Below are positions 25,693-38,427 of a stretch of 64,000 nt of DNA, one piece after another. Below the pieces are notes generated by a model that saw only the letters and a program-made list of their open reading frames with translations, was not told the origin of the DNA and searched no databases. This DNA is from Epiperipatus broadwayi. Its lineage: Eukaryota > Animalia > Onychophora. The DNA is taken from NCBI GenBank assembly GCA_028023455.1, contig JAQFVV010000008.1, positions 13,206,001 to 13,270,000 on the forward strand, given 5' to 3'. Positions within the stretch are counted from its first letter, which is position 1, and each line of letters starts with the position of its first letter. The position numbers were made by a program, and so were the translations under genes.

Positions 25693-26580
25693 ATACATAT
25701 TTAAACTCTTTCTATTTTCCATACTAGTTCTCCAGCTCCCTATTCTTTATTAATGCATCTATTCTTCTATCCCAATCCTTGCAACTATTACACTCAACAA
25801 TCCTCCTAACACAATTATCCCATCTTTTGTACATGTATACTGACATAAAGTTTTTATCCAAATCTTCTGCATACTGCACTACCTTTCTGATTCATCTTGT
25901 TGCCTGTCTTTTATTCATAACCCAATAAAATATTATTTTGGTTATTCTCTTTCTATCCATATATTGCAATCTACTGAATATTTTCATTTTGCTTTTTGCA
26001 TCTCTCATATAAAAACTTGACCATCCCATTTCTCCTTGAATTGCCTCCTTTGACATCCACACATATGCATCTAATGCATGTCTTTCTACTTCTCTTTGTA
26101 CTTTTTCTAAGTAATCCAAGCTATTCTTCTAATTACTTAAGACGATTCCCAAATAGTTATATCTATTCACCACATTTAGCTTTATATCCCTCAATAAAAA
26201 AAATTTTCTCTTCTCTTTCCCTAGAATTTTATCATCATTACTTTTATTTTTCTTTACTAAATTTAATCCCCATCTCTTTACCAACCCTTGCACAAGTCTT
26301 CTGCGTAATTTCCCTATTTTCCCTACTTTCCATGCACAAGAAGATATCATCAGCAAATAAAAGACCTGATAATGTATACATTCCTTTGCGATCTATTAAT
26401 TGTATCTCTACCCCTTTTCCTTGTCTTTCAATTGCTCTCTCCATTTCTCTCAAATATAACAAACAAAATAGGTGACATAGGGTATTCTTGCCTTAGTCCC
26501 ATCCCACTTTTAACTCTAACTGTTTCTATATTTCCTAATTGATATGTATAAGAGCTTTTCTATACTAACACCATCCATGG
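25693..26580 (-). mobile_element. 5'-truncated RT part of the same LINE
   Basis: GLRQEYPMSPILF, LLFADDIFL, YNYLGIVL, LEKVQREVERHAL...EAIQGEMGWSSF. Confidence 0.9.
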
Positions 26581-26879
26581 TCAGTCTAAATTATAAGTAT
26601 TACCAAATGGCAGTGCAATTTAATTCCCAAGCCAGTTTAATGGATTTTGCTTTTATCAATGAGGATTTGGTATTCAAAGCTGGAAACAGCATACTTATTT
26701 ATCTAATAGCCATTTTAATTTTATTTTTATTAATTTTTCAGCTTGAAATTAAAAAAAAGATTTTGAATTTAAGCCAATCTATTTTTTTTCTGTTTTATTT
26801 TTTTAAAAAAGTAAGCTTAAACTTTTTTATTGCTCAACTATAAGTAATAGTTATTTAAGTTTTTTTTTGTTTTTCAATA

Positions 26880-27305
26880 GTGCATTCCTCTTCTCAACTT
26901 CATCCACATCACTACCATCTACCAATAGGATTACAAAATACTATAGTATGAAAAATTCTCTACCAAGAAAAAAATATACAGAAAATATGTCTAGCCCAAT
27001 TAATAAACAAAAGTTATCTATGAAATGCATGCATAATGAAAAAGAGTGTACTGGAGGATGGTTGCAGTATGGTGGAGTTGTGGTGAAACATTGATAAAAA
27101 TATCCTTCCATTAGATGTTGAAAGTGGATAAAAAAACTTGCCTTCCAAATGGTGTAATGGAAGAATATTGAGTGGGCATGGAAATCCAGGTATAGCTCAC
27201 CTGATATAAAAGTTATTCATGAAATGCATGTAGAATGAAAAAGTGAACTGAGATTGTGCATTTGTGAATGTTTGTCATATGGTAGAGTTGAGATGAGGGA
27301 AGCAC
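26880..27305. mobile_element. MITE-like element, ~425 bp
   Basis: Imperfect ~25-bp terminal inverted repeats TGCATTCCTCTTCTCAACTTCATCCA / TGGTAGAGTTGAGATGAGGGAAGCA. Internal direct repeat ATGAAATGCATG..AATGAAAAAG. Confidence 0.55.
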
Positions 27306-28850
27306 TAATCAAAAATAAATAAATTTAAATCTAATATATTAAATAATAAATGCTTGCATTGTTTAATTTGGCCAGTTAATCACAAAAATATGTTGCACAA
27401 TTTGATGTATAGTTTTATTTATACTTAGACATGCTACTTCAATTCTGATTTTCAGGTGAAAATGTGGATTCATTTTCCATAATTAAAATGTACACATATT
27501 TTTCTACTGTATTAGATTATAAATAATGAAATCATTGGATGAGATCACTAATTCAAATATTTACTCTAATTTATATTTTAGTAAATATTTCAGTATGCAT
27601 ACTTATTAATATCATAATACATACATCATAATTAACCAAAATGTTCTTGCAAATAAAATAATTTTTTTCTAATATGGCAATAAGACAAAACTGAGCACAA
27701 TATATAGAAATTAAAATTCTCTGATCTTTCTATCATATTATAACTATGCTTCTAAGATCTAGCAGATATGTTAACTAATTTGTGCAATGTTGATGCATAA
27801 TTATTTAAAGAAAATAGCATGTAACCTGACACACATTAGTACACATAGTTCTAATTTTATATAATCCATTTTTATCTTCATTCTATTTTATTGCTTTTGT
27901 TATAGGTGATTACTTATCAAAAATTTTCATTGATATTTTCATAATCAACTAAAGCAGTGTAAATTTTATTTCATTGCTATCTATTGATTCCTCAAATTTA
28001 TAATTGTTGACCACACTGTAGTAGAATAAACATATTTTGATACTGAAAAATATTATAAAAGCTGAGATTTGTATAATATTTTTTGGTTTAAATTCAATTC
28101 TTTATGACTGTAATCCATAGCCATTTGATTAACACCTTATATGTACTAGAATCTGAAATAATCTAAATTCTACTTTTTAGTTACAGAACTAACATATAGA
28201 ATGGACATAAAACTTAATTGGAATATAATTACTTATATTCAAGCAATAACCAGGTTAATAGATTACAATAATCCCTTTATCTTATTCCAACTGCTCAAAA
28301 GTAAATATATCTCAATTTAGAAATTATTTCAATCCATTCATCCTCATTCTTTTTAAATCCCATATTTATAATGTTTTTACTGATCTAATAATTGTTTTTC
28401 CAAGTATTTATAGGAAATTTTTTAGATATCCAAAGTAAAACTGAAAAAGTATAAAAAGCTTTTTTTAAGAAAACACTTTTATTAACTTAAATAATGCATT
28501 AAAAAATACACTAAAAAATAAGACATTTTTGATATTACATGAGCAAAATAAAAACTTGACATACTCATATTCAGAATTAGTCTAAGAATATTTCAAAATG
28601 TTTGCCTAATATTGTGACAGGAAAATATAAAAAAGTGTACTATTTAGTGCATTTTATTTTTATTTTTCAATGCATTTATGTAAATATAAGTCTTTTGTTT
28701 TAATGTTTTATTTTATTCTTTATTTTTTAATTTTTAGTTTTTCCACAATTGTCCCATATGAAATTAAATATTTTAATTTTTTGTTAAAACTATTTGAAAA
28801 CTCTAAAAAGATTGTTGTCATTGCGAACATTTATGTATGGAAATTTTCAG

Positions 28851-31800
28851 TTAGATTGAACATTGCGAAATGACTAAAAACTGAGTTACAAAATGTCATC
28901 AGTAGATAGACAAAAAACAGGGTAAGTTAAATAAAAGCATACAAAAGTATATAATTGACCTATCCATTAAAAAAAAATACAGAATAGCAATGGAAATCAC
29001 ATATATAATAAAAATTGATTAAGTTATTCTTCCAAATGCTATAAATAAGCAAAGAAATAAACAGAATTTATAAAAATATATATATATATTTTCGTTCCTC
29101 ATTTGGCCATTTTTAATCAGTATTTTCAAAATAAAACCATGCATGCTCAATTTTTAAATATATAAATTAGTCTTGACTTACTATCTAAATTTATCTCATT
29201 TTATTTATATACATATTTAGAACACTGAAATGACCACTTCATGGTAATGATAAAGCTATAGATATTACGTGGAGAAAAGCAGTTAAATAATGCTATTACA
29301 GAAAGAAAAGAGTTGAGAAATAGCTAACAAAATCTGTTAAAATATGATTTGATATTTAAATAATTGTAAAGTTAATTTTAAAATATATGTAGACATACAT
29401 AATGTCATTATTTGCAAGAATATATATATATGAATGAGATAAATATATAATTTTTCAACATGTCTATTTAATATTTTTTTTTAGTTTAAATATTTTATTT
29501 AAATAAAATTCAGATTTTTAGATAAATACGTTAACATTTCAATAGATTTGACTTAATATAATTTTATTTTTTTGTTTGTATGTTTCTATTATTCAAAATG
29601 TATCAGGCTTACATTTTTATACGTGAATTTTATTGAATTTTTTGTTAAATACTATAAAAGAGAAAAAAAATCTTTTGTTTAATCAATTTTATTTGCTTTT
29701 CTTATGTTAATCCTGTGCAAAGTTCTAAATAATGTAAAGAATCAAGTAAAATATGCCAAAAAACCTGTCAGTATATTAGAAATATATGTAATTATTGAAA
29801 TGGAAAAATAGTTTAGAAATTCCAATGGAATGAAAAATTATATGACAATTTTACTGAAAGTATTATGATTTAATTAACCAAAAAAATTTCTTTTTGTGGC
29901 TGTCAAATTACTCCAACTAATTAACCAAAGTACAGCTTCCATTTCCAAAGTAATGCTAAACAGACTAATTCAGTTAAATATGAGATCAATTTTTGTGTTT
30001 ATTAAACAGTAAATTATTATATGTATACAGTATTTATTTTTTTCAATGACAAAATAATCTAGCTAAATGAGAGCTAAGTATTTGATTTTCCATTATGCTA
30101 AATACATATTCTCTCTATATTGCTTTATCTCTAGAAACCATTTGCTTCAAATAATTAAAGTAGTCCCATCTATACCTATAAAATCTATGTGTCTTCTCAT
30201 ATTAATGGCAGAACAATTTAAAATGAACCATACATTTTATCCATTTTATTTTATTTTTTAAATAATATTTTGAACTTAAAGGAAAGTTATCTTTAAAATT
30301 TATTATAATTTTTTTTTAAATTTGTAATATGGTCTTGTTTTTGGAAATTAATTTTTGTCTTTTTTTTTTTTTTTTGCTTTCTCAGTTTTTATGTATTTTT
30401 AATATTTGATTTAAATGAATATTATATAGAATATGATCATGAGAAGATTTTGTTGTATATTATCTAACCTTGAAAGTTGAAAAAGTTAGGAAGTTGCTTA
30501 ATCTTTTAAACATGAATAATAATCATTGATATATTTATATTTTAAATGTTCATTATATTTTAGACTATTTCAAAATATGTATATTTGTATTAATTTAAAT
30601 ATATAAGATTCATTTAAATTTATAAATTTTTCATGTAATTTTAAATGTATCAGGACTCCAATTTAAGAAAAAGTATAGTTTTATTATTCTGCCTAAACTC
30701 CTCAAGTCACTCGCAGACTATAACAGCGACAAAAGCCTGATTTTATCAACAACAGATTCACGCTGTTCCCTCTACAAGTTTCCAGTTGAATCACTATGCA
30801 ATCTTATAAAACATCACAAGATTGGGGAAGGAATTTACCATCTACTAACTCACCCAAACAATCGTTACATAGCACTGGAATTTAGCAGCTGGGCAAACTG
30901 CAACAATTTTAAGAGCTCTTATAAAACAATTGATAATTAATTCCTGATTCACATTGATGTTAATAGAAATTCTACCCTACATGAAAAAATTAAAAACTGC
31001 ACTTCTGGATTTGAGGAGTCACACCTTCAGGAGTTGCTTCTATCTTTTGGAAAAGTTCACTGATTTAGATACCTAACAGAATAAAGAACTGGTCCCAGCA
31101 TGCTCTCTAACACAGGGGTGATTGAACTTCAATTAAAGAAAGGTTTAAACTCAGCAGACATACCAACAGTTAGAAAACACTGTAATTCATCCATGATATT
31201 GTCGTTCCTAGGGATAAAACCCCAGTGCTTTTATTATGGTCATAGAACACAAAGAATGCCTGGCTAGGATATGCAATCATTGTGGGGAAAACAAAAACCG
31301 ACAACATAAATGCAAGGAAGTGCTGATCAACCAGTACAATACCAGCATAGTCCAAAATAAAAAATCAACCTCAAACCCCAATGAAGAAATCATTAATAAC
31401 ACTGAAATTGACTTGTTGAAGCTTGCGAATATATCTTTCAGGAGTACTTCACATAGGAATAATCTGTCACTGAGTAATACGAGCAAACAAAGAATATACT
31501 CAGACTTAAATTCATATTCCAGATGCTCTGAAAGCAATGAAACAACAGAAGCATCCTTAAATGATATAAGGGATAACAACTCCATCAGTTACAAATCAAA
31601 AGAAAATTCTACCAGCATCTCTCTTCGACAAAAACAACACAAAAGCTTATTACATTTGCAACCAACATACAGCCTCCTTAAACAATCTAGTCACAGCACA
31701 AACAATGCTCACCTGGCTGAAATTTGTGCCTCCATAATGAATTGTGGTCTGGAACCCGGTCCAGCTTCTTATCTTCCTGCTCCCATCATTCAGGATGTTT

Positions 31801-34800
31801 CAACTGATATTGAGTCTGAAATGGAGCTGATGATTGGCTCATCCACTCAAAAGGAAAGAAAATCAACACACATGAAGGAGCCAAATTCAGAAGATAAGAA
31901 TGCTCTATCCTTTTTTCAGCATATCAATTATGGGTCCCTTTCAAAAGCAATCTCAATCTCGCAAGCCTCAAAAAAAAGAGAAAGATAGATTCTTCCTTTA
32001 CCTCACTCCCTCCTTTTGAGCATGCTGGAGATAACAATCTCAACCTTATTCCCTCTTTTAAAAACCCACTTCATCCACACCCTGTCATTATTCACCCAGA
32101 AATCCATTATCTAGCAGTAGAATCCAATTCATTATCCATTAATGTCTAATTTATCTTTCCTTATTATTGGGGTTAATATAAGAGGAATCAATTCTATGCT
32201 TCGAGTTCAGGCAATTTAAACATTGGTTCCTCTCCTCTTCTCCTCACATCATGTTCTTTGGAGAAACTAAATTTTATATGAACTCCAATCCTCACATCAT
32301 TTCCGAGCTTAGTAAACTTGGTTATGCATACCTTTCAATTAACCTCACTGCTTCAGAGGGAGTTGGTGTTCTTATTAGTGACAAGCATCCCCCAAATAAA
32401 TTCAAAATTACATATCAGGACAAGAACATTATAAGCATCAACCTGACATATGGAAATAGTAACATTAATGCAATTTACATATACTCCCCAAACAACCACT
32501 CCAATTTCATCCGAATCATTAACACAATTAACATGGTGACTGCTAACAATAGTGCACCAACCATTCTCATGGGAGATTTCAATATGTCATATGACCAATT
32601 TACTTTTAAATACCTCCACTTGCTAAATAGAAAATTTATAAATGGCCGTGGATTTCTTCCACAAAATGCCTATTCATTCTACACACATAGATATCAAACA
32701 CTGATAGATTTGGTTTTCTATACAGCTGAACTACACCATGGTCTGGAGATCATGCTTCAACCAGTTGCCTTCTCAGACCATCATGCTATTACTTCAACCA
32801 TACAGCTTAGCAACTACACTACATTCAGTCTTAACCATTCACTCAGATTGCTAACTAAAGCATCAATCACGGAAGCTATTCCTTTCAAAGCCTACATTCT
32901 TTTCCATAAGATTGACCTGTTAAACAGACCCCCTGAAGAGGCTTGGTTTGCATTCATTGGAATTTTACAAACTTTGATTGCACACTTCCCAAAAAAAGAA
33001 AAGGCCCATCAACTCTGATTAAAGAACTAGATGATATTCATCTAAAAATAAAAGGCTGCCATGCTGAACCGGAACATACAGCTCAGCTTTTGGAACTTAA
33101 ACATCAATATAAAGTTAAGCAGGTTGCCATCGCCGAATACATTTCCATCAAACGAGCACAAAATTATCTCACAGCCCAGCATTGCTGGACCAGAAGTTAT
33201 CTAGGGTGGGCGATGGGTGCTATAAAAAAACTGCTTACACTTACATTACTGGTAATAGATGGAAGCAGCATATCCGGTCCATGTATGATTGAATACATAA
33301 GTCAGCATTTTAAAAACTGTCTACAAAATAACCAAACTACAACCAAATGTAACTGGCAGACTCACTCTGATGCTATTATCCATGGAATTACATATTCTGA
33401 TCTGCAGGACAAACTTTCTGCTCTTCCAGTCAGTGTTCATCCAGGGATGCATGCCATACCAAAATTCCTAATATCACACCTCAGTAATTTTGCAATCCTG
33501 ATTAAGATGGGTATGATAGACCACCTTGCTACTGGGAAAAGACAAATACACAATCTGTACCCAATAGCACTAGTACCATACATAAAGAAAAATAAAGATT
33601 CCACCAATATCAACAACATAAGACCTATCTCCATGACTCCCATTATGCTCAAAGTAATTGAAGGAGTAATAAAGGAAAAAATACAGCAGGCAATTCTTAA
33701 CCACATTGTTCAGTCCCAATATGCTCAGAAAGGATCTTCGCCTTTGACGGCAATTGGTGAAGTTAGGACACTTTTTGATTATGTTAGATCCAAATGAATG
33801 CCCAAGCCTATTGCAATTCAACTCAACATATCAGAGGTGTTCAACTCTGTCAACATTCTCAAACTTCTTGCTCTACTAAGTGAAATCAACATTCCTTTTC
33901 AAATTATCCAGATCATAGAAAATCTGCTTAATAATAGACAAATTCACATCGTCCTGAGTGGATGCTATACTAATGGTTTCCAACCCGATATTTCCATTCC
34001 ACGAGGTTCCCCACTCAGCGCCCTGCTGTTCATCTGTTATTTAAATCCGCTTCTAAAAAACATAGAAAATTCATTCCCAGGAATATACATACCCAGAATT
34101 AAGAGATCACTCAAGGTATTCACATATATGGATGATATCTTGGTTATTCTTCCATCCCAAAAATTCCTACCAAAGCTCTACCAAATAATAGACAATTTCT
34201 CATTGTCATCTCATCTTAAATTCAACCCCAAGAACCTCAGGAAAAATTTTTGGGAAAAACAAAACCCCAAGATCCCCAAGCCCCAAAATTTCTGGGCTTT
34301 CCTATTTACCTTTCTCAATCATCAATGTCAAGACAGATACAAAATACTCTAATAGATTCTACCTCTAAAATAATTCAAACTCTCTCGAAAGTATATTTGT
34401 CATTACAAGGAAAGGTGGCACTTCTCAACATGAAAGTCATGTCGAGAATTGCATACTATCTGCCGATCATTACCATTTCAAAAGCCTTTTCCAAAAAGAT
34501 TAACAGCTTATGCTCCAAACTTTTCTGGAAGGACAGCACCACATCAATTAGCATGTCCAGAATGCAAGTACATCGTAGATACAATGGGATGTCCTTCCAC
34601 TCCATTGATGCAATTATTTTTCAAAAATCTTTTACATTAATTATTAACCTAATGAAAAAACATGAATCAATAACTTTCAGTGAACCAATTCAACCTACAG
34701 ACCATCCTCCACCTCGTAAAATGTGCTGGCTGGATCAACTGCTCTGGATGCTTAACCAGCATTTAACTATAGATCAAAAATTACAAAAATCAAAAATTAC

Positions 34801-37800
34801 CATCTGGGAGGCGTACAGTATAATTAATCCGAATTATCCCACAATTGCTCCAAATCTTGGCTTCACCAACTACAAATTAACAACAATTTTTAAATTTCTC
34901 ACTCTTGAGCCTAAATACCTTAATCTCATTATTAAAATAAACTTAGAAGCCATGCCCACAAATAAATTCCTTCATTTCAAAAGATTCTACAATAAGATAG
35001 ACCCTTTTTGTCAAATATGTAAAAGGCAAGAAGAGTCATTCAACCATATAATATACTCATGCCCTGGGCTCAATAAAATAAATTTAGCCATATACCAAAA
35101 CTTAAGGGTGGATTACTACAAAATCATGTCTATAAGGGAAGCCTTACAAACTAAACAGTTTCCTATTATTAGACTTTCCATCTTTATTGTACATGCTATA
35201 TGGAATGTCAGATGTAAGCTATTGTTCACAGTGCCTGTCCCTGAACCAGTCAGTCTTTTCATGAACATTATTAGGAAAGTAAAAAACAGAGACTTTATCA
35301 TTGCATCAAAATTCATGTATAATGAAATGTGGAAGTTACTTAATATACCAGATCCACCGAATCATTAGTGGCTAAGCAAAAGATGAATAATAGATTCATT
35401 TTGCATCAATGCTGATAGGTGAATAGAAAAGCTACATTAGTATACTATTATTTATCAGAAGATAATCAATATACAAATGGTCCCAGACTGTTGATGATGT
35501 GTAAAACATAATTTTTTTCTGCCTGTTATAAGTATGTAAACATTATTGTTCATAAATAAAAGTTTTTGAGATTAATAAAATTATTTAAATTAAAGGGAAA
35601 AGAACAGTCCAAGTAAACCATTCCAATTATTAATTCTTCATTTATTTTAAGAATTAACCAAGTTTTTAAATAATGTTTAAAATTAAGTTAGGATTTCTTT
35701 TGTTAATAAATATGCAATGAAGCAAATAATACATAATTATTTATTACAAAAGTTATAATATATAAATAAATAAAAGAAATTTTATTGTTTAATAAATGAA
35801 GATTTAGAAATACAGTGTTCAATGTCAAATTAAACTATTATATAAAATTATAGACAGTTGTGTTTATGTGTATGAAAGGGTCTTGCAAGTGAATTAGTGT
35901 TTACATTAATAGATATAGGATTTTTAGAAATATCTAAAAAATATTTAATATTATGATTTCATGTGCTTTCTATTATCTATTTATCAAGTCAAATTTTACA
36001 GTGGCATTCTAATTATTTAAAGAGTGTAATAATTTTTTAATATACTTGTTTTGAAATTATATTTGTTAAGGGAATAGAAATATTTTCTGGCCAAATAGTA
36101 TGAATTGTACTTTATTGATATTTGTGTTCATTTTTATATCTTGTTAAGTGCTTGCTATATGTGTATTTTGAGAAGTTATTAAGAAAATCACAGAGTATAT
36201 TTATATGATTCATATGATAAAAAAGTGTTTTTTTCCTTACTTCTTATAAAATAAGTTATAATGATAATATTGTGTTTTTCAGAAGTTGACCCACAATCAG
36301 AATAGAATTGTGTGGCAATAGGGTTGTAAACATATCTTTATATTCTTTCACACATTGCAATTAAAATAGCTATGCCAAGGTATAAAATTTTAATAAAGTT
36401 TATTAGATTATATTTTATGATGTATAGTTAACATATCTTGATTAATCAGTGTTATGGACAGATAAGTCATTTGAAAACATTTTATTATCGAAGAAAAAAA
36501 GTGAAATATATTTGTCTGATAAAAAAGTTATGGTCTGTTAAAGTCTTAGGTTATAATTATTTTTCAATGCAGTTGTATTTACTACAATGTGATTCACCAA
36601 ATTAATTTTTCATATGCTATGAGAGTATCTTAGTCAAGCTGTGATATGTATTTGTAAATTAAGTTAAAACAATGATTGTATTTATAGGATTCTGACTTCT
36701 GAGATATCCTTCTATTTACTTAAATACATGCCCACTTACAAATGGTTTTTGATTAATTAAATAACTAATAGTATATATCATGTAATGAATGTACTCCACA
36801 ATCATTGATGGTGTATCACTAATAATACATATTTTTATATGAAGCAATATGTACTGCACACCATTCAATAAAAAATAATACTGATTTAAATAAAATAATA
36901 AGCCAATCATAGTAATATAATTTCATCTATTAATTTATAAGGAATTTAAACTGCATATTAATAGTAAATAACTTAATGAAGAGACAAGTTTTAAATATCA
37001 TTACAGTCTTTGATATCACTAGAATTAAACACTTAACTTTTAAGAATTAAAATCAGATGATATAGTGTTTATTCATTATTAGCAGCAGATGAAAATTGTC
37101 ATTTATAGGATAGAATAAACTTTGTTATTATGTATTTAAACAATACATAATAAATTTGTTATAATCATATTTTATTCCATATATTTGAATTATTTTTTGA
37201 TTTTATTTATTTTTCAAGCAGAATTCTGAATTCTAAAAGAGTCGTAGTTCATGGTGATTTAGTTAGGACTTATGTAATATATTGATGATCAAAAAAGAAA
37301 TATGTTTAATGAAGAATGAACAAAAAGTAATTTACTATTCACTGATGAATAACTTGAAAACAAGGAAGTAAAAATGTTTTTTTTTTTCTATTACTGATAA
37401 CTATTTTCATATTTTCTTATAAATTTTATAATGAATAAAACTGAGTAAGGTAAAAAGGAAGGATATTAAACTTAGTTAATACTGTTTTCTAAATTCTACA
37501 TGAACTTAGTGATGTTTAATTTAAAAGTACAATGATTAAAGTATCTTCACAATTAGAACATAATCTTATACATCTATAAAAAGTAAATATTAATCAGTAT
37601 AAAATATAAGTCTCTTCAGGTTATAAGCCAGTTAAACCTAAAGCACTTTGTTTACCTTCCAGATTGTATCTGATTTTCTCATCATATATCATTCAGAAGT
37701 TAGACAGCTACCAGATAATGATAGATGACAAATCATTACTATACATATAATGAAAATTTATCACAAAGCCTCCTATTTTTTAAAAGTTTTATTAAACAAA

Positions 37801-38427
37801 CTATTGTATAAATAAATATAAACCCTTGAAAAATAATAATGCTATGAATTTTTTTTTTTTTAAATTTTCTATTTCCATGAGGTTTTTTTTTTTCCTTTAT
37901 ATTAGGATCTTTTAAATTTCAATCATCTCTCATCACCAACAAGTTTAAGACTTAAACTGTTGTGTCATTTAATAAAGTATTAGTGTAACTTAACTTATTT
38001 ATTATTAAGATTCAATTTGTTTTACATGCTAGTGAATAAATGATTATATAACTTTGAGAAAAGACGGTATTTATATTCTTAGAAAGTTATCTGCACTCTA
38101 TCCAGGAATGATTAACTATGGCTTGACCTTTTATTTTCCAAAATATCATCATCTACACTTTACCATAGACATAATATTAGCACACATGCTCTTTCATCAG
38201 ACATTTTCTACAAAATATATTATATCAATATTATTTTTTTAAAAAAAAAATAATAATATAGTATAAAACTAGTTTTAATAAATTATTGTCAAGTTGTATT
38301 TAAATTTGTTTGTTTAATTATAGAATTCATTTTATATATATATATATTACAGGATTTGCTGTCCATGGATGGAATTACAGTTCAGAACCGGAGAACTCAA
38401 TACAGTGATGAAGAAAATCAAGATTAG
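28851..38427 (+). CDS. Speculative short spliced ORF (exons 28851-28921, 37222-37273, 38353-38427)
   Basis: Exon 1 has TTTTCAG / GG|GTAAGT and ATG at 28893. The three exons join in phase to give MSSVDRQKTGILNSKRVVVHGDLVRTYDLLSMDGITVQNRRTQYSDEENQD*. No homology recognised. Confidence 0.2.
30796..32140 (+). pseudogene. LINE ORF1 (gag-like, zinc knuckles), disrupted
   Basis: TGVIELQLK...SFLGIKPQCFY.GHR..KECLARICNHCGENKNRQHKC across frameshifts, followed by a Ser/Asn-rich tail (ORF 31236-31988). Confidence 0.65.
32142..35368 (+). pseudogene. LINE ORF2 (APE endonuclease, RT, C-terminal CCHC), frameshifted
   Basis: NIRG, GETK, GVGVL, IYSPN, MGDFN, IDLVF, SDHHAI; NIRPISM, PRGSPLSALLF, YMDDILV, KFLGFPI; CQICKRQEESFNHIIYSCP. 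Confidence 0.92.

Larger units (their letters stand above)
30690..35561 (+). mobile_element. Near full-length decayed L1/Tx1-type LINE (~4.9 kb)
   Basis: ORF1 with Cys/His knuckles, then APE-RT-CCHC ORF2, 3' UTR and AATAAAA at ~35555. No clear TSD. Confidence 0.9.
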
